A DNA stretch of 25,693 nt from an uncultured bacterium. GTDB lineage: Bacteria > Lernaellota > Lernaellaia > Lernaellales > Lernaellaceae. Both the position numbers and the translations under genes were made by a program. Below are positions 1-10,605 of this stretch, piece after piece. How positions within the stretch are numbered: position 1 is the first letter of the stretch; each line of letters begins with the position of its first letter. The notes beneath the pieces were generated by a model, which was given only the letters and a program-made list of their open reading frames with translations, had not been told where the DNA came from and made no database searches. Where the stretch lies: NCBI GenBank assembly GCA_964534375.1, contig CAZHPN010000075.1, forward strand, positions 1 through 25,693, written 5' to 3'.

Positions 1-22
1 CTAAGTATGCGAATTTACAGAA

Positions 23-265
23 TCACGACCCCTGAACTGGCGAAGTTGGGCTAGTTGCGGCCTGGCCGACCGATTCAAATTGCATCCGGCCAAGCTTCTC
101 CGCCGTCACGCGCTTGGAAAGGTACAGCATTTCGATGCCCACCACCTTTCCTTCGGTGTTGCAGTCGAGAATGATGCCCGGCGAGATTTCTTCACTTTCG
201 GCGGCGGGGGCCTGGTCCAAATCGAGGTAGAGCGCATCAGCTTCGCGATCAACAGTCAGCTTCAT
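23..265 (-). CDS. DUF2283-family small protein (putative antitoxin), 80 aa
   Basis: MKLTVDREADALYLDL...SEEISPGIILDCNTEGKVVGIE matches the DUF2283 pattern (D-xxx-DALY ... ILDxxxxGxVVGIE). The ATG at 265-263 overlaps the upstream stop (ATGA). The longer 136-aa ORF call is an over-extension. Confidence 0.85.
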   Translation of the reverse strand: MKLTVDREADALYLDLDQAPAAESEEISPGIILDCNTEGKVVGIEMLYLSKRVTAEKLGRMQFESVGQAATSPTSPVQGS

Positions 266-363
266 AATTCGCCTCTCAAACGCCGATCGAGATGGGCCGT
301 GATCACCCGCCGCGGTTCGGTTGTCGAAACTATAACACGAAGGACGCGCCCAGCAAGTTCTGG
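262..363 (-). pseudogene. 3' remnant of a DUF4258-like (RelE/BrnT-type) toxin gene
   Basis: Manual translation gives PELAGRVLRVIVSTTEPRRVITAHLDRRLRGEL*, with the stop overlapping the DUF2283 ATG. Upstream the frame meets a TAG at 402-400, with no ATG/GTG/TTG between that stop and the conserved segment. Confidence 0.7.
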
Positions 364-377
364 GTGAACCAGCCGCC

Positions 378-406
378 TTGACCCCCGCGGCTCCGGGCGC
401 TATAAA
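378..406 (+). promoter_or_regulatory. sigma70-type promoter for tig
   Basis: TTGACC (378-383), 17-bp spacer, TATAAA (401-406), about 65 bp upstream of the tig ATG. Confidence 0.7.
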
Positions 407-472
407 CTCGCTTCTTTGGTTGACCGGATGCAATGCAACCCGTTGTCACGCATCGGGAATTCGGGGGAAAAG

Positions 473-1837
473 ATGGCCGTCCAAGTCGAGAAAGTTTCGC
501 CGATCAAAACCCGGCTCACGCTGACGATCGAGGCTGCCGCGGTCGCGGCGGAGAAGGAAAAGACGCTGAAGACGATCCGCCGCGAGGCGATGGTGCCGGG
601 TTTCCGTCCGGGCAAGGCGCCGCTCGACCTGATCAAGCGCCGTTACGCCAGCTATCTCGACGACGAGGTCAAACGGACGCTGCTCAAAGAGCGTCTGCCC
701 CAGGCGATCACCGAAGAGAAGATCAAGACGCTCGGCGCGCCGGAGTTGGAAAAGGAAGAATTCGCGGAAAACGGCGACCTGATTTTCGTCGCCGTGCTGG
801 AGACCTGGCCGGAAGTCGTGCTCGGCGAATACAAGGGCATCGAGGTCAAACGCGAAAAAACCGACGTGCGGCCCGAAGCGGTCGACGGGCGCATCGAGCG
901 GTTTCGGCTGCACCTCGCGACGTTCACCCCGGTCACCGACCGGGACGTGTGCGAAAAAGGCGACATGGTCGAGGTCGATTACACCGGCCGCAAAGACGGC
1001 GAAGTGTTCAAGGGCGGCTCGCACAAAGACTTCAAGCTCGAACTGGGCAGCGGGACGTTCATTCCCGGCTTCGAAGACGCCCTCATGGGCATGAAAGTCG
1101 GCGAAACCAAAGAGGTCCCGCTGACCTTCCCTGAAGCGCACGGCCGCCCCGACTTGTCGGGCCAACCGGTCGTTTTCACGGTGACGTTGAAGTCGATCGT
1201 GAAGCGCGAACTGCCGGCGCTCGATGACGAATTCGCCAAGGACACGGGGCTCGCCGACACGTTCGAGGCCTTGAAGCAAAAAGTCCACGACGAGATTTTC
1301 CAGGCGGAAGAGGGCCGCACGAAGCGCGGCGCGCGCCGGTCGCTGGTCAACAAGCTGGTCGAGCTGTACCCGATCGAAGTGCCGCAAGATATGGTCGAGC
1401 GGCAGCAGGACCAAATGGTTCGCAGCACGAAGGTCGAGTTGGCGCAGGCGGGCATGCAAATCAGCGACGACCCGGCGCTCGACGAGCGGCTGCGGGCGCG
1501 CTACGCCGACGAAGCCAAGAAGGAAGTGCAGTGCTTCTTCCTGTTCCAGGCGATCGCCGAAAAGGAAAACATCGTGGTTTCCGACGCCGACCTGGAACTG
1601 AAGTACCTCGAGATCGCCGCCCGTCAGGGCCGGCCCGTGGCCGAGGTAAGCGCTTATTACCAAAAAGAAAATTTCGTCGAGTACCTGAAAGACGGCATGC
1701 TCGACGACAAGGTCGTGGATTTCCTGCTGGCCAACGCGAACATCGTCTGGGAAGAGCCGGTGGCGCACAGCGAGCATGAGCACGAACACGAACACGAGCA
1801 CGACCACGAACACGACCACGATGATTCTCACGAATGA
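473..1837 (+). CDS. tig: Trigger factor with a His/acidic C-terminal tail
   Basis: Ribosome-binding signature PGFRPGKAP and FKBP domain (GDMVEVDYTG...LGSGTFIPGFEDALMGMK). Lies upstream of clpP-clpX-lon. Start chosen at ATG 473 after a G-rich SD-like sequence. Confidence 0.97.
   Translation: MAVQVEKVSPIKTRLTLTIEAAAVAAEKEKTLKTIRREAMVPGFRPGKAPLDLIKRRYASYLDDEVKRTLLKERLPQAITEEKIKTLGAPELEKEEFAENGDLIFVAVLETWPEVVLGEYKGIEVKREKTDVRPEAVDGRIERFRLHLATFTPVTDRDVCEKGDMVEVDYTGRKDGEVFKGGSHKDFKLELGSGTFIPGFEDALMGMKVGETKEVPLTFPEAHGRPDLSGQPVVFTVTLKSIVKRELPALDDEFAKDTGLADTFEALKQKVHDEIFQAEEGRTKRGARRSLVNKLVELYPIEVPQDMVERQQDQMVRSTKVELAQAGMQISDDPALDERLRARYADEAKKEVQCFFLFQAIAEKENIVVSDADLELKYLEIAARQGRPVAEVSAYYQKENFVEYLKDGMLDDKVVDFLLANANIVWEEPVAHSEHEHEHEHEHDHEHDHDDSHE
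1766..1834 (+). repeat. Coding hexamer repeat (CACGAN)n encoding an HE/HD tract
   Basis: Encodes HSEHEHEHEHEHDHEHDHDDSHE, 10 His in 23 residues. Confidence 0.9.
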
Positions 1838-1848
1838 CTTCCCGCGCG

Positions 1849-1878
1849 CGTCCGGGGGCGGCCGGCCCCCCCCGGACG
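1849..1878 (+). terminator. GC-rich hairpin after the tig stop (terminator or processing/stability element)
   Basis: CGTCCGGGGG (1849-1858) pairs with CCCCCGGACG (1869-1878). There is no adjacent U-tract. Confidence 0.35.
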
Positions 1879-1911
1879 AATGATCGCCCGCGCGAAGCAG
1901 CGAGGGCGCCT

Positions 1912-1940
1912 TTGTTCTGACTCCAAGAATGAGTTATACT
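1912..1940 (+). promoter_or_regulatory. Putative sigma70 promoter for clpP-clpX-lon
   Basis: TTGTTC (1912-1917), 17-bp spacer, TATACT (1935-1940) in an AT-rich patch. Confidence 0.5.
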
Positions 1941-1977
1941 AGTGAGAATGGACGCTTGGGGAACCGACGAGGGGTAC

Positions 1978-2591
1978 ATGCTGATTCCGACCGTCATCGA
2001 GCAAACCGGCCGCGGCGAGCGGGCGTACGACATCTACAGCCGCTTGCTGAAGGACCGCATCATCATTCTGGGCCTGCCCATTGACGACAACATCGCCAAC
2101 CTCGTCATCAGCCAGCTTCTGTTCCTTGAGGGCGAAGACCCCGACAGCGACATCTCGCTGTACATCAACAGCCCCGGCGGTTACGCCAGCTCCTGCCTGG
2201 CGATCTACGACACGATGCAGTTCGTCAAGTGCTCGGTGAGCACGTTGTGCATCGGCCAGGCCTATTCGATGTCCGCGGTGCTGCTGGCGGCCGGCTCGCA
2301 CGGCAAGCGCTTCTGCCTGCCGCACAGCCGGTTTCTGCTGCACCAGCCGATCGGCAGTTTCTCGGGCCAGGCGACCGATCTGGAGATTCACGCGCGGCAG
2401 ATCGAGAGCCTGCGGACGACGGTGAACGAGATTCTGGCCAAGCATTCCGGCCGCACGGTCGCCCAGATCACCAAAGACACCGACCGCGAATTCTACTTGA
2501 CCGCCGAAGAGGCGAAGACCTATGGTCTGATAGATCGCGTGATCGACAAACGGTTGCCGCAACCAACCGATATTCGAGACGGAAGAATCCG

Positions 2592-2595
<4 letters not shown>
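1978..2595 (+). CDS. clpP: ATP-dependent Clp protease proteolytic subunit
   Basis: [37 protein letters not shown], Ser97 (AYSMSA) and His122 (LLHQP). The third triad position is Glu171 (DTDRE). GAGGGG SD precedes ATG 1978. Confidence 0.97.
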
Positions 2596-3848
<1,253 letters not shown>

Positions 3849-3875
3849 CCGGCCCGGCCGGCGCGAGGCGGCCCG

Positions 3876-6317
<2,442 letters not shown>

Positions 6318-6375
6318 CCCGTCGAAATTGCAAAACAAAGCCAATGTCCGGCCGAGGCGCCGGTAAGTCATAAGG

Positions 6376-7119
6376 ATGCCGGTGATGCGGGCAGTATTGC
6401 GGTCGGCGTGGGTCTGGTTCGCATTCCTCGCCATCCTGGTCGTGGCTACGCCGTGCGTGGCGCTCGTGCGCCTGTTCGACCGCGATCCGGCGCGGTACCG
6501 CACGGGGCGGCTACTGCGGCGCTTCGCCTGGCCGCTGACGAAGGTCAATCCGCTCTGGAAGATTGCCATCGTGGGGGCCGATCGCGTCTCCGATCCGCGC
6601 CGGCCGTATGTGGCGGTCGCCAATCACCAGTCGTTCGCCGATGTGCCGATCATCTCGCGCCTGCCGTGGGAGATGAAGTGGGTCGCCAAGCGCTCGCTGT
6701 TTCGCGTCCCGTTTTTGGGATGGATGATGCGCCTCGCCGGCGACATCCCCGTGAACCGCCGCGACAAGCAGAGCCGCGCCGCCGTGCTGCCGCGGATGCA
6801 CTGGTACTTGCAGCGCCGCTGCTCGGTGATGCTGTTCCCCGAGGGCGCGCGCTCGAGCGACGGCGAGGTGCACGACTTTGCCGACGGCGCCTTTCGCGCG
6901 GCCATCGAGGCGCACGTTCCGATCCTGCCGCTGGCGATCTCCGGCTCCCGCGACTGCTTGCCGCGCGGCAGTTGGCTGTTCACCGCCGCGTGCGACGTGC
7001 GACTGCAGGTGCTGCCGCCAGTCGAAACGACCGGTTTGACGCTCGCCGATGCGCCGGCATTGCGTGACCAAGTGCGTTCCCTGATCGCCGAGGAGGTCAG
7101 CAGGAAGGCTGCGCTGTGA
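6376..7119 (+). CDS. plsC: 1-acyl-sn-glycerol-3-phosphate acyltransferase family protein
   Basis: NHQSFAD (HX4D), VAKRSLFRVPFLGW and LFPEGARS motifs, plus an N-terminal hydrophobic segment. Confidence 0.88.
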   Translation: MPVMRAVLRSAWVWFAFLAILVVATPCVALVRLFDRDPARYRTGRLLRRFAWPLTKVNPLWKIAIVGADRVSDPRRPYVAVANHQSFADVPIISRLPWEMKWVAKRSLFRVPFLGWMMRLAGDIPVNRRDKQSRAAVLPRMHWYLQRRCSVMLFPEGARSSDGEVHDFADGAFRAAIEAHVPILPLAISGSRDCLPRGSWLFTAACDVRLQVLPPVETTGLTLADAPALRDQVRSLIAEEVSRKAAL

Positions 7120-7272
7120 ATAGTGACGTTCGCTGACCTTCCGACGCGACGGAATTCCCCGCGCTTTTTTGCGGGCCTGAACATCCGCGGCGCGCTCGAC
7201 CGGCGCTGCGGCGAGATGTATTTCCGCACGGGCCAATTCGCGCTGCTCGAACAGACCGCGGCGCGGCAGCGG

Positions 7273-8205
7273 TCACGCGCCATCGCTGGCGCGCGAGCGT
7301 TCGACGGCCGCCTGAACCAGCCGCGTCAGCGCGTCGTTGACCGGCGTCGGCAGGCCGCGCGCGCGGCCGACCGCGGCGACGGCGCCGTTGATCGCGTCGA
7401 TTTCCGTGCGGCCGCCGGCGGCGAGGTCGCCGAGCATGCTGGCGCGGATGTCGCGCGTGTCGGCGATCACCTGCCAGAGCCGGGCGATGACGGCCGCCGC
7501 GTCCAACGTCACGCCGAGCGCCGCTGCCGCGGCGACCGCCTCGCGCACCACGTCTTCCAGCAACGGGCGCAGACTCGCGGCGCGGGCCAACTCGCCGTTT
7601 CGCACACCGAGCAGCGCCGCGACCGGATTGATCGCCGCGTTGACGCAGAGCTTGGCCCAGAGCGCCTCGCGGATGTCGCCGACGGCGCGCGCCGGCAGCC
7701 CGGCGGCGGTCCACGCGGCGGCGATTTCGCGCAGCCGGGGCGTCAGGCCGCCGCGCGCCTCGCCGATGACGGTTTCGCCGTCGGCGGCATGCTGCACGAC
7801 GCCCGGCGCCAGCACGTGCGCGGCGAGCGTGGTGCTGCCGGCCAGCAGCCGCTCGTCGCCGTAGCGGGCGGCGAGGCTTTCGACGTTGCCGACGCCGTTT
7901 TGCAGCGACATGGCGAGGGCGCCGCCGGCGCAGAGCGCGGCGTGCTGCTCGGCGGCGGCGGCGGTGTCGTAGGCTTTGACGCAGAAAACCGCGAGATCGA
8001 CCGAATCGGCGGTTGGCGCGTCGCGATGGATCGGCAGCCGCACGACGTACGAGCCGCGCACGCCCTCCAGGCGCAGGCCGTGGGCGGCGATGTGGGCGAC
8101 GGTTTTGGCGTTGCGTTCGATCAGGCGCACGTCGAGCCCGCCGCGGGCCAACACGCCGGCCACGACCGACCCGACCGCGCCCGCGCCGATGATGGCGATT
8201 TTCAT
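7273..8205 (-). CDS. panE: 2-dehydropantoate 2-reductase
   Basis: MKIAIIGAGAVG Rossmann motif, CVKAYD, SLQNGVG, LWAKLCVNAAINP, SMLGDL...TEIDAING. Confidence 0.95.
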   Translation of the reverse strand: MKIAIIGAGAVGSVVAGVLARGGLDVRLIERNAKTVAHIAAHGLRLEGVRGSYVVRLPIHRDAPTADSVDLAVFCVKAYDTAAAAEQHAALCAGGALAMSLQNGVGNVESLAARYGDERLLAGSTTLAAHVLAPGVVQHAADGETVIGEARGGLTPRLREIAAAWTAAGLPARAVGDIREALWAKLCVNAAINPVAALLGVRNGELARAASLRPLLEDVVREAVAAAAALGVTLDAAAVIARLWQVIADTRDIRASMLGDLAAGGRTEIDAINGAVAAVGRARGLPTPVNDALTRLVQAAVERSRASDGA

Positions 8206-8232
8206 GGGTGACCTGACGGGAGGTTGTCTTGT

Positions 8233-8322
8233 GACAGGATCAACAGAGCCTGCCCCCGACCTGATCGGGGGATCAACCGGATCATGGGGATATTGCTGGC
8301 TTGATTGATCCTGTAATTCCTG
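8233..8322. repeat. Intergenic inverted repeat built from 9-bp units, with a 24-bp hairpin inserted
   Basis: ACAGGATCAA (8234-8243) is the reverse complement of TTGATCCTGT (8305-8314). Internal hairpin CCCCCGA (8253-8259) / TCGGGGG (8265-8271). Confidence 0.7.
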
Positions 8323-8343
8323 GCCAATCGTCGCGTCGCCATC

Positions 8344-9714
8344 TTACCGCGCCATTTTCGTAAACAGCGTCTTGGTCGTTGTCAGCAGGATTTTCAGATC
8401 GAAGCCGAGATTGGTGTGTTTGATGTAATACAGGTCGAGTTGCAGCTTTTCGCGCGCGTCTTCGATCGACGCGCCATACGGGTAGCGCACCTGCGCCCAG
8501 CCCGTAATGCCCGGCTTCACCACGTGCCGCTGGTTGTAATACGGCAGCACGGCCGCGAGTTGCTTGACGAAAAACGGCCGCTCCGGCCGCGGGCCGACGA
8601 AGCTCATCTGGCCTTGCAACACGTTCCACATTTGCGGGATCTCGTCGATGCGAAAGCGCCGGATGAAGCGGCCGACCGCCGTGACCCGCGCGTCGTTTTC
8701 CGCCGCCCAGACCGGCCCCGTCGCGGATTCCGCGTCGGTGCGCATCGAGCGGAATTTCAGCAGGTTGAAGGTGCGGCCGGCCTTGCCGACGCGCTCCTGC
8801 TTGTACAGCAGCGGCCCGCGGCTGGTCACCTTGATCAGAAACGAGAACAGCAGAATGAGCGGCATCGCCAGCGCCAAACCGGCGAGCGCTGCGAAAATAT
8901 CGAAGCCGCGTTTGACGAACAGCCGCAGGCGGCTGACCTTGAAGCCGTCGGAAAACACGAACCAGCTCGGACGCAACGATTCGAGCGTGATTTTCCCCGA
9001 GAACAGTTCGTGAAAATTGACGTTGTCCACGACCCGCACGCCGGCCATTTTGAGGTCCATCAATTCGTCGGTCGGCAGATTGCCGCGCTGATCGTCGAGG
9101 GCGACGATGACCATGTCCATCGGCCGCTCGCGCGACAGCCGCGGCAATTCGGCGATCGTGCCCAGGATCGGGAAATCCATGATCTCGTCCCGCGGGACGG
9201 GGCCCTCGGCGATCACCCCGAGCACCTCGTAGCCGGAGTGCACGTAGCGCAGCACGTCCTCCAGCACGGCCTGCGCCGCGCGGCCGGTGCCAAGCACGAT
9301 GACGCGCTGGGTGAAGCTCGATTCGTCGCTCAAGGAGTTCCACAGAATCCGGAACAACAGCGACGCGAAAATCCCCAGCGGCACGGACAGGGCGGGGATG
9401 TAGTCGCCGACTTTGAGGGGAGGGTAGCCGTAGTAGAGGATCGTCAAGACCACGATCGCCGCGATGTATGCCTTGAGCAGATTGCTGAAAAACTCCTGAA
9501 ACGAAATATGGATGGCAATCTCGTACAGGTCGAAGTAGTGATAGAAGAGCATGATGACCAGGTACATGACGCCCAGGCCGGTCAGCCGATGGATGGTGAA
9601 GACGGGAAACACGTCGTAGATGTAGCGCAGTTGCGTGGCGAGGCAGACGCACCCGATCAAGATCAGGTCCTGCAAAAAGATGAACAGAAAATTGCGGCTC
9701 ACGTTCGAACGCAT
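8344..9714 (-). CDS. Polyprenyl-phosphate sugar-1-phosphate transferase (priming glycosyltransferase, WcaJ/TIGR03013-like)
   Basis: Four N-terminal TM segments, a VIVLGTG CoA-binding-like domain, then VKRGFDI, YKQERVG, KFRSM, RIDEIPQMWNVLQGQMSFVGPRPERP, KPGITGWAQV and DLYYIK. Confidence 0.93.
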   Translation of the reverse strand: MRSNVSRNFLFIFLQDLILIGCVCLATQLRYIYDVFPVFTIHRLTGLGVMYLVIMLFYHYFDLYEIAIHISFQEFFSNLLKAYIAAIVVLTILYYGYPPLKVGDYIPALSVPLGIFASLLFRILWNSLSDESSFTQRVIVLGTGRAAQAVLEDVLRYVHSGYEVLGVIAEGPVPRDEIMDFPILGTIAELPRLSRERPMDMVIVALDDQRGNLPTDELMDLKMAGVRVVDNVNFHELFSGKITLESLRPSWFVFSDGFKVSRLRLFVKRGFDIFAALAGLALAMPLILLFSFLIKVTSRGPLLYKQERVGKAGRTFNLLKFRSMRTDAESATGPVWAAENDARVTAVGRFIRRFRIDEIPQMWNVLQGQMSFVGPRPERPFFVKQLAAVLPYYNQRHVVKPGITGWAQVRYPYGASIEDAREKLQLDLYYIKHTNLGFDLKILLTTTKTLFTKMAR

Positions 9715-9807
9715 GACGCCTGCATCTCGTTGAAAAAAATCACGGTCGCGGTCGGCGCCGCGAGTTCGTGGGCGCAGGCGGCGGGCGGTCTGCCGCGCCG
9801 CCGGCGG

Positions 9808-10272
9808 TTACTGCAATGCTTCCTCCGCCCGCGCGACAAATTTTTCTGCGCACACCGGGCACACGCCGTACAGATCGAGCCGGTGCCCCAGCAATTGGTA
9901 TTTGTAGCGTTCGGCGACCTCGTCCTGCATCCGTTCGATGGCGCGCTCCTCGAATTCGATGTGCTGCCCGCAGCGCACGCAGAACAAATGGTCGTGATGC
10001 TCCTGTCCGTGCACGTATTCGTAGGTGTATTCGGCGCCGGGGAGCGATTCGGCCACCCGCACCAGGCCGCACTCGGCCAGCAGCGGCACCGTGCGGTACA
10101 CCGTGGCGCGGCTGGCGACCGCGCCGCTCTCGGTCAGATCCTTCACCAGATCCTCGATCCGAAAATGTTTGCGCGTCGTGGCCAGCGCCCGCACAATCTC
10201 ATCACGCTCGGTCGTGCAGCGCATGCCGCGCGAACGCAAATATTCCCGGAACAGCTCCACGGCGTCTTGCAT
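9808..10272 (-). CDS. fur: Fur-family transcriptional regulator, 154 aa
   Basis: This is the C-terminal part of the listed 1030-aa ORF: MQDAVELFREYLRSRGMRCTTER...SRATVYRT...HHDHLFCVRCG...YGVCPVC. SD AAGGGGAG precedes the ATG at 10272. Metal specificity (Fur/Zur/PerR) cannot be determined from sequence reading. Confidence 0.92.
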   Translation of the reverse strand: MQDAVELFREYLRSRGMRCTTERDEIVRALATTRKHFRIEDLVKDLTESGAVASRATVYRTVPLLAECGLVRVAESLPGAEYTYEYVHGQEHHDHLFCVRCGQHIEFEERAIERMQDEVAERYKYQLLGHRLDLYGVCPVCAEKFVARAEEALQ

Positions 10273-10300
10273 GCCAGTGACTCCCCTTGATGACGCACGC

Positions 10301-10329
10301 AATGTATCGCCGTCGGCGGCGCCCGTCAA
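10301..10329 (-). promoter_or_regulatory. sigma70-type promoter for fur
   Basis: On the minus strand: TTGACG (10329-10324), 17-bp spacer, TACATT (10306-10301). Confidence 0.65.
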
Positions 10330-10405
10330 GCAATGTTGAGACCGAATCCAAATCGCGGCGACGCCGAGCGCTGATTCGCCAAGCGCCGTCGGGCCGTCAT
10401 GAAAT

Positions 10406-10490
10406 TGGGAATTCTGGGAACGGTGCGGTGGCCGGCGCCGCCGCGTCCCATAATTCCCAGAACTCCCAGATCTCCCATGATTCCCATGCG
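10406..10490. repeat. Inverted element with arms of 9-bp periodicity
   Basis: TGGGA at 10406 and 10415; TCCCA at 10446, 10455, 10464, 10473 and 10482. 10406-10420 pairs with 10454-10468 at 14 of 15 positions. Confidence 0.8.
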
Positions 10491-10514
10491 CTGACGCGCG
10501 ACCGCCCCATTCCC

Positions 10515-10544
10515 TTGACTTTCTGGCGCCTGATCGCCTAGATT
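10515..10544 (+). promoter_or_regulatory. Putative sigma70 promoter for valS
   Basis: TTGACT (10515-10520), 18-bp spacer, TAGATT (10539-10544). Confidence 0.55.
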
Positions 10545-10605
10545 CAACGGCCTTACGATCCCGCGAAGGCAAGGCGCGCCGGCACATGGCGCGAAGGAGG
10601 ATATC

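Noticed and set aside
364..472. tRNA gene upstream of tig, as found in many bacteria
   Set aside because: No cloverleaf or T-loop GTTCRA signature is visible. The space holds the promoter and leader.
2229..2591. 121-aa N-terminal extension of ClpX overlapping clpP
   Set aside because: It is an alternative frame inside clpP. The ATGA coupling at 2592 gives a normal ClpX start.
10333..10351. Possible Fur autoregulatory box (TTGAGA-N5-TCCAAA) beside the fur -35
   Set aside because: The position is suggestive, but the dyad is weak (4 of 6) and cannot be supported without a lineage-specific matrix.
10545..10605. T-box or other leader upstream of valS
   Set aside because: The leader is only about 55 nt from the predicted promoter and has no T-box consensus or terminator.
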